A stretch of 64,000 bases of DNA from a virus, in IMG/VR virus record IMGVR_UViG_3300030329_006012, positions 96,001 to 160,000 of that record; one strand, 5' to 3'. Under the pieces are notes generated by a model. It had not been told where the DNA came from and searched no databases. It saw only the letters and a program-made list of their open reading frames with translations. The translations under genes and the position numbers were made by a program. Positions 1 through 9,768 of the stretch are shown piece by piece. Within the stretch, counting starts at the first letter, position 1. Each line of letters opens with the position of its first letter.

Positions 1-1
1 G

Positions 2-30
2 TTGACACGGAGGCATCTTTGAGTTATATT
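2..30 (+). promoter_or_regulatory. sigma70-like promoter
   Basis: TTGACA (2-7), 17-nt spacer, TATATT (25-30) upstream of the polymerase gene. Confidence 0.75.
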
Positions 31-100
31 AATGATAAATTTAATCCACTGATGAATTCTGATTTTAACAGGAAACCAACTTTTACTTTTTAGGTGATAC

Positions 101-1309
101 ATGAAGTGTTTCGTTACACTGGACGACAAAGAAGAATGCGTAGGCGTATTCAGCAACGGTGAACTTTCTTTTTCGCATATTCCCGCTGGGTTAACTCACA
201 CTTGGGAGTACAGCCGCTCTCTGCTATCTGCTGACGTTAATGATGCCGAGCTGGCCATCATATACGCCAACGGTGCAACGCTGACTGATGTCTGCCCACC
301 GCACCTTCAAAAAGAGTGGTCAGCGATAATGAAGCGCATGAAGGCTTATCAAAATTCCTTTATAGAGGCAAAGGTTGATTTGGGAGAGAACTGCATCTTT
401 GATCTTATTCCGCTGAGCTACTTGACCAAGTTTTGCCACCTGAAAACGGAGATCACTAAGCACGTTTTTAAAACGGCAGATAAGCCGGAAAATTATGATT
501 TCATGAAAGGGTTGGTGCACCTGTTGGCCGAGATATCTCAAAGGAAAATTAAGCTCAATCTCGACTCCATAGAACGGAATATTTTAACCAAAAGGGCCAG
601 AGACTTTTGCGCCGACATTCGCTCTGGGAAAAAGGACTCTTTTGTCAGGTACGATCCCTTTAAGACGAGGACTGGTAGACTTTCGGTTAAAAAGGGATCC
701 TTCCCGATACTTAACTTAGACAAGGAATTCCGCTGCGCCGTGGAACCAACGAACGACTGGATAATGGAGCTGGATTATAATGCAGCTGAACTGAGAACAC
801 TTCTGGCTCTCGCAGGAAAGGAGCAGCCCACAGAGGATATTCATAAATGGAATTCAGACATTCTGAGCGTATCAAGAGACGAAGCGAAAAAGTCCGTCAT
901 ATCTTGGCTGTATGGCTCGAAGACATCCGATATTGGCGAAAAGCTTTCGCAGATGTACGCAAAAGAGGAAGTTCTAAATAAATTTTATGATCCCGAAAAA
1001 GGGATCGTCACAACCCCTTTCGGGAGAAAGATCTCAGCAGACGATCACCACGCACTGAATTATCTGGTTCAGAGCACCACTGCAGATCTGGTGTTTGACC
1101 GAATGTTGGAGATCCGGGATCTATTAAAGGACAAAAAAAGCTTCATCAAATTCTGTCTCCACGATTCAGTGGTGATCGATTTGGCCCACGAGGAGAGGGA
1201 TGTAATTAAAGAGGTTTTTAATATTTTTGCAGACACCAAGCTGGGGGCATTCAAGCCCTCGATTAGTGCGGGAACCAATTTCGGCTCCTTAAAGGATTTT
1301 AACATTTAG
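101..1309 (+). CDS. Compact family A DNA polymerase-like protein
   Basis: TRTGRLS, motif A ELDYNAAELR, motif B RDEAKKSVISWLYG, TPFGR, NYLVQSTTAD, motif C HDSVVID; only 402 aa. Confidence 0.8.
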   Translation: MKCFVTLDDKEECVGVFSNGELSFSHIPAGLTHTWEYSRSLLSADVNDAELAIIYANGATLTDVCPPHLQKEWSAIMKRMKAYQNSFIEAKVDLGENCIFDLIPLSYLTKFCHLKTEITKHVFKTADKPENYDFMKGLVHLLAEISQRKIKLNLDSIERNILTKRARDFCADIRSGKKDSFVRYDPFKTRTGRLSVKKGSFPILNLDKEFRCAVEPTNDWIMELDYNAAELRTLLALAGKEQPTEDIHKWNSDILSVSRDEAKKSVISWLYGSKTSDIGEKLSQMYAKEEVLNKFYDPEKGIVTTPFGRKISADDHHALNYLVQSTTADLVFDRMLEIRDLLKDKKSFIKFCLHDSVVIDLAHEERDVIKEVFNIFADTKLGAFKPSISAGTNFGSLKDFNI

Positions 1310-1326
1310 GTGATCTGTGCTATAAT
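1299..1326 (+). promoter_or_regulatory. sigma70-like promoter (extended -10)
   Basis: TTAACA, 16-nt spacer, TG-C-TATAAT (1321-1326) before the tubulin-like gene. Confidence 0.6.
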
Positions 1327-1344
1327 AGATCTTCAGGAGAATGT

Positions 1345-2190
1345 ATGATTAACATTATTGGACTTGGCAAAACAGGCTGTAGTTTAGCTGACGAATTTTC
1401 CAAACATGGTCAATATGACATCTATCGTATTGGCATTGACTTACCAAAGAATAAAAGGTCCAGGGGTATGAAAAAACAAAAGACGCCTGAAGCCTATGAA
1501 GAGAAGTGTCCAACAATGAGGCATTTTTTCAAGGAGCTGACGGGCCGAAGTATCTTGTTGGTGAACGGTGGAGAACCCATTGCAGCTGCTACGCTGAGGG
1601 TTCTGGAGCATTGCCGCCCGTGGTCAACCTCTGTTGTCTACATCCAGCCAGATGAGTCCTCTCTCAATGAGACCCTGCAGGCTTCCGAGAAAGTCATCTT
1701 CAATGTTTTGCAAGAATATGCTCGTTCCGGCGCCATTTCAAAAATGATTCTTGTAGACACCAAAAATGTTGAAGAGGCGATGGGAGACGTTCCAATTATC
1801 GGCTACGAAGAAGTCTTTAATCAATATATCGCATCTTCTCTTAATTTAATAAATTATTTTGAACATTCGGAGCCTGTTTTGAGTGTCGATTCTGAAGGCG
1901 TTGATTGGTCGAGAATCATGACCATAAGTATGATCTCTCTGGAGGAAAAGAAGGAGCACCTTTTCTTCAACCTGGACAACATTCGAGAGAAAATGTATTT
2001 TTGCGGAATTAACGAAGATCAGCTTAGAAACGACAATAAGCTGCTTTCCAAATTAAAGAGCTTTATAGATTCCCAGCGTGAAGGGGATCAAAGAACTTCA
2101 TATAGGGTGTACTCTACAACCTATGAAGAGCCACACGTTTTCTGTGTTCAATCATCGGCGATGATACAGAAGAGATCAAAAGGTGCTTGA
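1345..2190 (+). CDS. Divergent tubulin/FtsZ-family (PhuZ/TubZ-like) protein
   Basis: N-terminal IIGLGKTGCSLAD matches the FtsZ IxGxGxxGxN loop; LQEYARSG...MILVD and a 281-aa size fit the fold; the GGGTGSG signature is degenerate (NGGEPIAAA). Confidence 0.6.
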   Translation: MINIIGLGKTGCSLADEFSKHGQYDIYRIGIDLPKNKRSRGMKKQKTPEAYEEKCPTMRHFFKELTGRSILLVNGGEPIAAATLRVLEHCRPWSTSVVYIQPDESSLNETLQASEKVIFNVLQEYARSGAISKMILVDTKNVEEAMGDVPIIGYEEVFNQYIASSLNLINYFEHSEPVLSVDSEGVDWSRIMTISMISLEEKKEHLFFNLDNIREKMYFCGINEDQLRNDNKLLSKLKSFIDSQREGDQRTSYRVYSTTYEEPHVFCVQSSAMIQKRSKGA

Positions 2191-2215
2191 CACCAAAGTG
2201 ATCCCGTGGTATAAT
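2187..2215 (+). promoter_or_regulatory. sigma70-like promoter
   Basis: TTGACA-17-TATAAT with TG extension. Confidence 0.85.
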
Positions 2216-2276
2216 AATAACAACGAACCAGCACTAGGGGAGATTTGCCCTGGTGACTTTAACAGGAGATAATAAT

Positions 2277-3038
2277 ATGGCAATTGATATGAGCAAAATG
2301 CGGGATAGACTAAATACCCTGCAAGCTAAGGGCAACGGTGGCGGATCTTCCGCTTTTTGGCGCCCAAGCGATGGTAGTCAAACTATTCGAATTGTGACAC
2401 CGAAAGACGGAGATCCTTTCAAGGATTTTTATTTCCACTATAATGTGGGCAATAACTCTGGCTTTCTCTGTCCGAAGAAGAACTTTGGCGAAGAGTGTGC
2501 AGTCTGCGATTTCTCTCGCAAATTGTATAAGGCCGGCGATGATGACAGTGTGAAGTCCGCTAAGGAATTGACTGCTCGTCAGCGTTTCTTTTCACCCGTA
2601 ATAGTTCGCGGTGAGGAGAATTTGGGAGTCAAGATTTGGGGCTATGGAAAAATGGCTTACGAAACCTTGTTGAACCTTGTTTTAAACCCAGAGTATGGAG
2701 ATATTACAGATGTGGAGTCGGGAACAGACTTAGACTTACACTACGGTAAGGCTCCAGGCCAATCCTTCCCTCAGACCAAGTTGACGCCAAAGCGTTCTAC
2801 ATCACCGGTCTGTGTAGAGGCTACTCCAGAAGCATGCCAAGAAATCTTGGATTCGGTCCCTGATATTGATTCTCTTTTTGAGAAGAAATCATCCAAGGAA
2901 GTTGCTGGATATCTTGCGGAGTTCATGGAGAGTGGATCTTCGGCCGAAGAAGCCTCTAGGGAGGCGACTAAGTTTGCGCCACCAGCCGGTGCCGAGTCTG
3001 TTGACAAGTCTTTCACTGACTTGTTGGGCAGTGCCTAA
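2277..3038 (+). CDS. Single-stranded DNA-binding protein, T4 gp32-like
   Basis: FWRP...TIRIV, FYFHY, CPKK...CAVC zinc site, KIWGYGK, GTDLDL, acidic C-terminal tail; SD AGGAG before ATG 2277. Confidence 0.75.
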   Translation: MAIDMSKMRDRLNTLQAKGNGGGSSAFWRPSDGSQTIRIVTPKDGDPFKDFYFHYNVGNNSGFLCPKKNFGEECAVCDFSRKLYKAGDDDSVKSAKELTARQRFFSPVIVRGEENLGVKIWGYGKMAYETLLNLVLNPEYGDITDVESGTDLDLHYGKAPGQSFPQTKLTPKRSTSPVCVEATPEACQEILDSVPDIDSLFEKKSSKEVAGYLAEFMESGSSAEEASREATKFAPPAGAESVDKSFTDLLGSA

Positions 3039-3056
3039 TAAAAACATAACCCCAAT

Positions 3057-3089
3057 AGGCGACGGGCATTTGCCCGTCGTCTTTATTTT
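3057..3089 (+). terminator. Intrinsic terminator
   Basis: AGGCGACGGGC-ATTT-GCCCGTCGTCT 11-bp stem followed by a T-rich tail. Confidence 0.85.
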
Positions 3090-3109
3090 CTATTTACAGG
3101 AGGTGTCCT

Positions 3110-4240
3110 TTGGCCACAAATTTGAAAAGTAATAAGAGCAAGCTTGGCATCAAGGGCATCGCTGCAGCTTTGAATAAAAAGAGCGGCATGACCGTTGCAC
3201 ATACAATGGGGGACGATAACCCATCGGCCGTCACTGATTGGATACCTACTGGGTGTACATGGCTCGACGGCATCATTTGTCGAGGAAAAATTGCCGGCAT
3301 CCCCGTCGGCCGCGTAACAGAAATAGCTGGTCTTGAGGGTTCTGGAAAATCGTATATGGCCGCACAAATTGCAGCAGGAGCTACGCAAAAGGGCTTCGAG
3401 GTTGTCTATTTTGATTCGGAAGCTGCATTGGACTTTGACTTCTTAAAAGATGCCGGCGTAATTGAGTCCCTATTCTTGAGGGTCACACCACAATCGGTTG
3501 AAGATATGTTCGAGACAATAGATCTTATTCTTTCTCAGGGCGCAGAGAACACTTTATTTATTTGGGATAGTCTGGCCAATACGCCAACTAAATCTGACAA
3601 TGCAGGTACGTTTAATCCTCAAGAAACAATGGCTTTAAAGGCTAGGATCATCTCCAAGGCGATGCAAAAGTTAACCGTTCCACTGAATGAGTCAAACAGT
3701 ACATTTTTGGTCTTAAACCAGTTAAAAGTACACATCCCAAAGCCCGGAGATCACATCTCTGCGATGATCGACCCTTATGTAACTCCCGGCGGCAAGAGTA
3801 TGCAATATGCGTCATCACTGAGAATTTATTTAACGGGCAGGAAATCTAAAGCCTCTTACATAACCGATGAAAAGGGATTCCGAATCGGCTCAGAGGTTAA
3901 GGCTCGCATTAAGAAATCTCGCTTCGCATCCGAGGGCCGAGAGTGTATTTTTAAGATTCTGTGGGGTGATGAAGTCCGCATCCAAAATGATGAGAGCATC
4001 TTTGAGGCCATCAAGGGCTCCGAGAGGTTAAAAAACGCTGGAGCATGGTATACCCTCATCCACTCAGATGGCTCCGAAGAGAAGTTCCAGTCAAAAATGT
4101 GGCTGGACAAGATGCAAGAAGAGAAGTTTCGTGCTTCGGCAATGGAGGTTTTTGAAAACGAGATTGTCCTAAAGTTCGCGAACAGAGAAGGCGCGGCTTC
4201 TGATTTTTATGACATTGAAGCCGAATCGGACAAGCAGTAG
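3110..4240 (+). CDS. recA: RecA/UvsX recombinase
   Basis: IPTG..LD, GIPVGRVTEIAGLEGSGKS Walker A, YFDSEAALD, IWDSLA, NQL, TPGGKSMQYASSLR; TTG start after GGAGG. Confidence 0.95.
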   Translation: MATNLKSNKSKLGIKGIAAALNKKSGMTVAHTMGDDNPSAVTDWIPTGCTWLDGIICRGKIAGIPVGRVTEIAGLEGSGKSYMAAQIAAGATQKGFEVVYFDSEAALDFDFLKDAGVIESLFLRVTPQSVEDMFETIDLILSQGAENTLFIWDSLANTPTKSDNAGTFNPQETMALKARIISKAMQKLTVPLNESNSTFLVLNQLKVHIPKPGDHISAMIDPYVTPGGKSMQYASSLRIYLTGRKSKASYITDEKGFRIGSEVKARIKKSRFASEGRECIFKILWGDEVRIQNDESIFEAIKGSERLKNAGAWYTLIHSDGSEEKFQSKMWLDKMQEEKFRASAMEVFENEIVLKFANREGAASDFYDIEAESDKQ

Positions 4241-4251
4241 CGGAGATTCCC

Positions 4252-5259
4252 TTGGAAAAGAAAAAAAGATTATTAATAGTAGATGGCATGAACATCTACA
4301 TGCGGAACTATAACGCAAACCCCAGCATCTCGACAAATGGTGATCCAATTGGCGGATGCAAAGGATTCCTGATGTCCTTGCAAAAGATCTGTCGGGAGAT
4401 CGACGAGGATATAAGTGCGATTGGGAAAATCGTAGTGGTTTGGGATGGCGTGGATGGAAGTGTCCGCAAGAGAAAGATGAATCCAGCCTACAAAGACGGC
4501 CGCAAACCAGTTCGCCTTAATCGAATGGTGCGAGGTCTTCTCACTGAGGAGCAGGAGATAGCCAACAGAGCGTGGCAGTTCGACAATGTTGTTCATTATT
4601 TGGACTTTTTATCGGTGCACCAGATAAGGATCGATGGGTTCGAGGCTGATGACATTATCTCTTATGTAAACAACCTCCCTCAGTTTGAGGACTGGGATAG
4701 AATAATTGTCTCGACAGACAAGGACTTCTACCAATGTACTTTTTCGTGCGGACATGGGAAGACTGTTATTTATAGGCCCAAAGAAAAAGGTGCCTTTGAG
4801 CTTATTGGGGAAAAGACAATACTTGACTCCTTTGGGATCCACCCCCTAAACTTTGCTATAGCGAGAGCCATCGAGGGAGATAAATCAGACAACCTCAAGG
4901 GCGTCCCCGGAGTTGGCCTAAAGACACTCGCGAAGAGGTTCCCTTGGCTGGCTAACAGCGAGGAATATATGGTTCAGGACATTTTGGCAGATTGCGAGAA
5001 GAACGCTGGCAAATTAAAGATGTACGATAACATAATAGAGAATAAAGAATTGATTTTAAAAAATTACCAGATTATGCAACTCTCTATGCCGAACCTATCC
5101 CCGCAAGCCACTCGACAAATAAGATCACAATTGGAAGACGAGCCGCTATTTAATAAGACGGCCATCACTACCATGATGATCAAGGATGGCTTTGGAAGCG
5201 GAAATTGGGACGTCCTATTTCAGATCATGAAACGACTTACGGCTAATTCTTTATTCTAG
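4252..5259 (+). CDS. 5'-3' exonuclease/flap endonuclease (T4 RNase H / T5 D15-like)
   Basis: LLIVDGMN, VVVWDG, RKRKMNPAYKDGR, FEADDII, STDKDF, GDKSDNLKGVPGVGLKT helix-hairpin-helix. Confidence 0.93.
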   Translation: MEKKKRLLIVDGMNIYMRNYNANPSISTNGDPIGGCKGFLMSLQKICREIDEDISAIGKIVVVWDGVDGSVRKRKMNPAYKDGRKPVRLNRMVRGLLTEEQEIANRAWQFDNVVHYLDFLSVHQIRIDGFEADDIISYVNNLPQFEDWDRIIVSTDKDFYQCTFSCGHGKTVIYRPKEKGAFELIGEKTILDSFGIHPLNFAIARAIEGDKSDNLKGVPGVGLKTLAKRFPWLANSEEYMVQDILADCEKNAGKLKMYDNIIENKELILKNYQIMQLSMPNLSPQATRQIRSQLEDEPLFNKTAITTMMIKDGFGSGNWDVLFQIMKRLTANSLF

Positions 5260-5267
5260 GAGAGACG

Positions 5268-6644
5268 ATGAAGAGAGAGACACCAACTTTCGCCCACTTT
5301 GGAAAGACCTTTCAGGAAGGTCTGGCTCGGCTCATCATGGATGAAAGAGTTTTTTCGGATCAGATCAGTGATGTGCTGGATGTGGAATTTTTCGAACACC
5401 AGTATCTGAGAGTGTTCACGCGCCAAATCCTGCAGTATAAAGAAAAGTATGATTCCCATCCTACCCGATCCACAATTGCCTCTGTCCTCAATATAGACCT
5501 GAAGGATGAGCCCGAAGTGGTGGTAGAACAGGTCAAGAGCTTTTTTGCAAGAGCGACTGCCACTCACGATGAGGTGGAAAATTCACAGTTCATTAAGGAC
5601 CACTCTTTGGACTTCTGCAAGAGGCAGAAAGTCAAAGAAGCAATGTTGAAGAGCGTTAGTCTTGTAGATAAGTGCAGTTTTGAGGAAGTTGAAAAGACCC
5701 TTACGGATGCCCTTAAACTTGGGGTGGACAATGATCACGGCCACGACTACAAGAGGGACAAGGAAGATAGATATGTTGTTCGGTCAAGAAACCCAGTTTC
5801 AACTGGCTGGTCAGAAATCGACTCTCTCCTTCGCGGCGGACTTGGGAGGGGAGAATTGGGTGTCATAATTGCCCCAACTGGCGTTGGTAAGTCAATGGCC
5901 CTCGTTCACCTTGGAGCACAAGCAGTTCAGCAGGGACTTAGTGTGATTCACTATACACTAGAAATGCCAGCCGAAGATATTGGCCTCCGCTATGATGCGT
6001 GTATAACCCAGACACCGCTGCGCTCTCTGCATGGACTGAAGGATGATATTCTAGAGGAGGTAGATAAGGTTCCTGGAAGTTTGGTTGTCAAAGAATATCC
6101 CACTAAGTCGGCCTCTTCCCTGACCTTGAAGGCCCACCTTGATAAGCTCCGACGCAGAGAAGTTCCGATTGATATGATTATTGTAGACTACGGAGACCTT
6201 CTGAGAGCAAAATCTACCCAGCGTGAAAAGAGGCATGAGTTAGAATCAATATACGAAGAGATCAGGGCCCTTGGGATGGAGCATAAGTGTCCGGTATGGA
6301 CGGCATCTCAGACCAACAGGTCGGGAGTAGAGGCAGATCTCGTTGGAACCGAAACAATTGCAGAGGCTTTTAGCAAGTGCCACGTGGCAGACTTCATTTG
6401 CGGCCTGTCTCGCACCACCACCCAAAAGAACAACAATCAGGCGACCATGAATGTTTGCAAGAATCGCGGCGGCCAAGACGGTCGCATTTTTCCAATGCTT
6501 ATGGATACCTCTCGCGTCCGGCTAGAAGTGCTCCCATACCAGGGCGACACCCCAGAAGGAATCAGGGCCATCAACGCAAAAGAACAACACGAACACCTTC
6601 AGTCTCAATACAAAGAGTTGATGGGAAGTCAAAAAAGGTCTTAA
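5268..6644 (+). CDS. Replicative DnaB-like (gp41-like) helicase
   Basis: TGWSEID..L.GGL..GELGVIIAPTGVGKS, YTLEM, IIVDYGDL, WTASQTNR, KNRGG. Confidence 0.92.
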   Translation: MKRETPTFAHFGKTFQEGLARLIMDERVFSDQISDVLDVEFFEHQYLRVFTRQILQYKEKYDSHPTRSTIASVLNIDLKDEPEVVVEQVKSFFARATATHDEVENSQFIKDHSLDFCKRQKVKEAMLKSVSLVDKCSFEEVEKTLTDALKLGVDNDHGHDYKRDKEDRYVVRSRNPVSTGWSEIDSLLRGGLGRGELGVIIAPTGVGKSMALVHLGAQAVQQGLSVIHYTLEMPAEDIGLRYDACITQTPLRSLHGLKDDILEEVDKVPGSLVVKEYPTKSASSLTLKAHLDKLRRREVPIDMIIVDYGDLLRAKSTQREKRHELESIYEEIRALGMEHKCPVWTASQTNRSGVEADLVGTETIAEAFSKCHVADFICGLSRTTTQKNNNQATMNVCKNRGGQDGRIFPMLMDTSRVRLEVLPYQGDTPEGIRAINAKEQHEHLQSQYKELMGSQKRS

Positions 6645-6664
6645 TTAAATTTTAAAAGTGAGAT

Positions 6665-9136
6665 ATGATGAACGTAGAAGCAACTGACATAACTAAAGAG
6701 GAGAACAATATGTCTAAGGTCGAAACAGCAACGAGAGAGACTAGAGAATATTTCAATGGAGACGATTTAGCTACCAATGTGTTTATCACCAAGTACGCTC
6801 TACGTGACAAGGAGGGAAATTTCCGTGAAACAAATCCAAACGATATGCACATAAGGCTTGCTACTGAGTTCGCTAGGGTTGAAGATAAGTTTGGCGGCAA
6901 AAAGATGTCGAAGGAGACCATCTTCGATAGTATAAAGGGATTCAAGAAAGTGGTGCCGCAGGGTTCGCCCATGTATGGTATCGGAAATAACTTTGTCAAT
7001 GTTTCTCTCTCGAACTGCGTTGTGGTTGACTCCCCCAAAGATAATATCTCCTCCATTATGGACTCCGGAAAAGACCTCGCAAACCTCTTTAAGCGCAGAT
7101 GCGGGGTCGGCCTAGACATCTCAGGCTTACGCCCCGAAGGGGCTCCTGTAAGCAATAGCGCAGGCACCACCACCGGAGCGTGGTCTTTCTCTGACTTCTA
7201 CTCCTATGTGTGTCGAATGGTCGGCCAGAATGGAAGACGCGGTGCGCTCATGATCACGATGGATGTGCGACACCCCGATATTGAAAAATTTATCACAATG
7301 AAGCACGACTTGACCAAAGTGACGGGAGCCAATGTCTCAGTGAAGATTAGTGATGATTTCATGCAGGCGGTGGAGAATGATGAGGAATTCACGTTGACCT
7401 ACCCCATCGGCCGTGCACGACCTAAGATCTCCAAGACAGTTCGTGCGACGGAGGTTTGGAGTCGGATTGTTGAGTCAGCAACAACGACTGCCGAGCCTGG
7501 TATTTTGATGTGGGACAACATCACCAAGAGCCTGCCAGCCCATGAATATCCGGCATACAAGACTATTTGCACCAACCCATGCGCCGAAATCCCACTCTCA
7601 GCTTATGATAGTTGCCGACTGATCTCAATTAATCTCAAGAACTTTGTGACAGACCCTTTTACTGGTTCTGCATCTTTTGATTTTGACGATTTTAGTGCCA
7701 CTGTCCGCGAGGCCATGCGTATGTCTGACGACTTGGTGGAGCTAGAGATTGAAAAGATTGAGTCCATCATTGGTTCGTGCGATACCAAAGACGAGAAGGA
7801 ACTATGGCGCAAGCTGCGAGATGCTGCAAAGAATGGCAGACGCACTGGCCTTGGCACTCACGGACTGGCCGACACTCTTGCATGTCTGCGCCTGCGATAT
7901 GACAGCGACGAAGCACTGGGTGTCATTGATATGATTTACAATACCCTCAAGGTGGAAGCATACCGCGAGTCTTGCAATCTTGCAAAAGAGCGAGGAGCTT
8001 TCCCGCACTTCTCTTGGCAGCTGGAGAAGGACAACGCCTTCATTAAATCCCTCCCAGAAGAAATCAGGGAGATGATAAAAAAACATGGAAGAAGAAACAT
8101 TTCCATCCTCACCAACGCTCCCACTGGCTCGGTCTCAATCATGAGCCAGACAAGCTCAGGACTCGAACCAGTTTTTAGAAACTTCTACACCCGTCGCCGC
8201 AAAATTAGTCACAATGACACCCACACCAAGGTTGACTTTGTGGACGACGTAGGCGACAAGTGGCAGGAATATAAAGTGTTCCACCACAATGTTCAAGACT
8301 GGCGCGAAGAGAATGACTTCCACACAGGAGAAATGTCCGACGATATTCCAGACTTTTTTGTGGAATCAGATCAAATAGACTGGATGCGACGAGTAGAAAT
8401 TCAAGAGACAATCCAGAAACACATTGATCACGCAATTTCTTCCACGATTAACCTTCCAGCTGGCACCAAGCCTGAAGTGGTTGGCGAACTTTATAAAGAG
8501 GGTTGGAAACGTGGCCTCAAAGGAATTACCGTTTACGTGGATGGCTCTCGAACCGGCGTCTTGGTCTCGGATGCTCCCGAAGAAGATGCTTTTGTTCAGA
8601 GAGATGCCGCCCAGCGCCCGGAGCTTGTGGAGTGCGAGATCCATCGCCCCACCATCAAGGGCGAGAAGTGGGTTGCCCTGATTGGCCTTGTTGAAGGAAA
8701 ACCTTATGAGTTGTTCGCTGGCCTTTCTTCAAAAATAACCTTGCCAAACAAGTATACTCATGGTATAATAGTAAAGCACCCCCGCAAAACAACCAGATCA
8801 ATTTATGATTTGGTTCTTGGCGAGGGCGACGATCAGTTGGTTATTAATGATATTATTAACATCTTCGATAACCCAAACAATGCGATTATGACTCGCATGA
8901 TCTCTCTTTCGTTGCGCCACGGTGCAAATGTGAAGTTTGTGGTTGAGCAGATGCAAAAGGATCAGGACACCGACTTCACCTCCTTCAACAAGGTTTTGTC
9001 GAGGGTGTTAAAGAAATACATTTCTGACGGTGAAAGAGCGTCAGATAAGAGGTGCCCAAGCTGTGAATCAGAAGGGTTAATTTACCAAGATGGGTGTGTA
9101 ACTTGCACTCATTGCGGTTATGCCAAGTGTGGTTAA
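6665..9136 (+). CDS. nrdJ: Class II (adenosylcobalamin-dependent) ribonucleotide reductase
   Basis: SNCVV, GVGLDISGLRP, GRRGALM, TNPCAEI, RRTGLG, TNAPTG, DHAISSTINLP, GITVYVDGSR, C-terminal TSCPD-like region and CxxC..CxxC. Confidence 0.93.
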   Translation: MMNVEATDITKEENNMSKVETATRETREYFNGDDLATNVFITKYALRDKEGNFRETNPNDMHIRLATEFARVEDKFGGKKMSKETIFDSIKGFKKVVPQGSPMYGIGNNFVNVSLSNCVVVDSPKDNISSIMDSGKDLANLFKRRCGVGLDISGLRPEGAPVSNSAGTTTGAWSFSDFYSYVCRMVGQNGRRGALMITMDVRHPDIEKFITMKHDLTKVTGANVSVKISDDFMQAVENDEEFTLTYPIGRARPKISKTVRATEVWSRIVESATTTAEPGILMWDNITKSLPAHEYPAYKTICTNPCAEIPLSAYDSCRLISINLKNFVTDPFTGSASFDFDDFSATVREAMRMSDDLVELEIEKIESIIGSCDTKDEKELWRKLRDAAKNGRRTGLGTHGLADTLACLRLRYDSDEALGVIDMIYNTLKVEAYRESCNLAKERGAFPHFSWQLEKDNAFIKSLPEEIREMIKKHGRRNISILTNAPTGSVSIMSQTSSGLEPVFRNFYTRRRKISHNDTHTKVDFVDDVGDKWQEYKVFHHNVQDWREENDFHTGEMSDDIPDFFVESDQIDWMRRVEIQETIQKHIDHAISSTINLPAGTKPEVVGELYKEGWKRGLKGITVYVDGSRTGVLVSDAPEEDAFVQRDAAQRPELVECEIHRPTIKGEKWVALIGLVEGKPYELFAGLSSKITLPNKYTHGIIVKHPRKTTRSIYDLVLGEGDDQLVINDIINIFDNPNNAIMTRMISLSLRHGANVKFVVEQMQKDQDTDFTSFNKVLSRVLKKYISDGERASDKRCPSCESEGLIYQDGCVTCTHCGYAKCG

Positions 9137-9146
9137 AGGAGAAAAC

Positions 9147-9404
9147 ATGACTACAGATAATAATGAACCAAAAGTAACCAAAGAAGAGCGCATCGTCGAT
9201 TACATTAAGTCGGTCGCTGCTATTGACGAGGCCCTTGAGCCATTTAAGGAGCAAAAGAAAGCCTTGAAGACCAACTATGTTGAAAACAACTGGCTTGATA
9301 AAGAAGAGATTAAGATGGCCATGAAAGCGTACAAGATGATTAAGGACGATGTTGACTTAGACCAGCTTATGGATTTTTATGAAACTGTTGGAAGGAGCGT
9401 CTAA
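9147..9404 (+). CDS. Small helical protein, possibly dsDNA-binding (GapR/DUF2312 or T4 DsbA-like)
   Basis: IVDYIKSVAAIDEALEPFKEQKKALK...D..EIKMAMKAYK heptad pattern; SD AAGGAG. Confidence 0.4.
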   Translation: MTTDNNEPKVTKEERIVDYIKSVAAIDEALEPFKEQKKALKTNYVENNWLDKEEIKMAMKAYKMIKDDVDLDQLMDFYETVGRSV

Positions 9405-9676
9405 TGGAGGTTCTCCCAAAGAATAAAAACATACTGGTGGCACCACTGGATACAAAACCAGAAGATCCTCCTGCAGTCTTACTGCCCGTCGACTACCAAA
9501 AGAAGGGTAAGTACGTTGTGGCGAGGGTTCTAAAGGTCCATGAATCAGTTAAAAGCGAGATCTCCGAAGGGTCTCTCGTTGTTGCAGAGCCGAATATGGT
9601 GAGGGAAGTTTCCATTGAGGGGAACACTCACTATTTAATTCAAGCAAATTATATACTTTGCGAAGTAAAGCTCTGA
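9404..9676 (+). CDS. groES: Co-chaperonin GroES (Cpn10)-like
   Basis: EVLPKNKNILVAP, VVARVLKV, ISEGSLVV, EVSIEGNTHYLIQANYIL follow the Cpn10 pattern. Confidence 0.7.
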   Translation: MEVLPKNKNILVAPLDTKPEDPPAVLLPVDYQKKGKYVVARVLKVHESVKSEISEGSLVVAEPNMVREVSIEGNTHYLIQANYILCEVKL

Positions 9677-9768
9677 AACTGTGGAGGTTATGCCAATGGC
9701 AGCAGAGCTTTATGACGATGTAATAAGGGTCGTCAGCAATTCCCAAATGTCTTTTGGGAGCTGTTGTA

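Noticed and set aside
1345-2190. Phage-nucleus (chimallin-type) lifestyle inferred from the tubulin-like gene
   Set aside because: No chimallin or multi-subunit RNAP genes are visible, and reliance on sigma70-like promoters and DnaE does not fit known nucleus-forming phages; it cannot be excluded from this window alone
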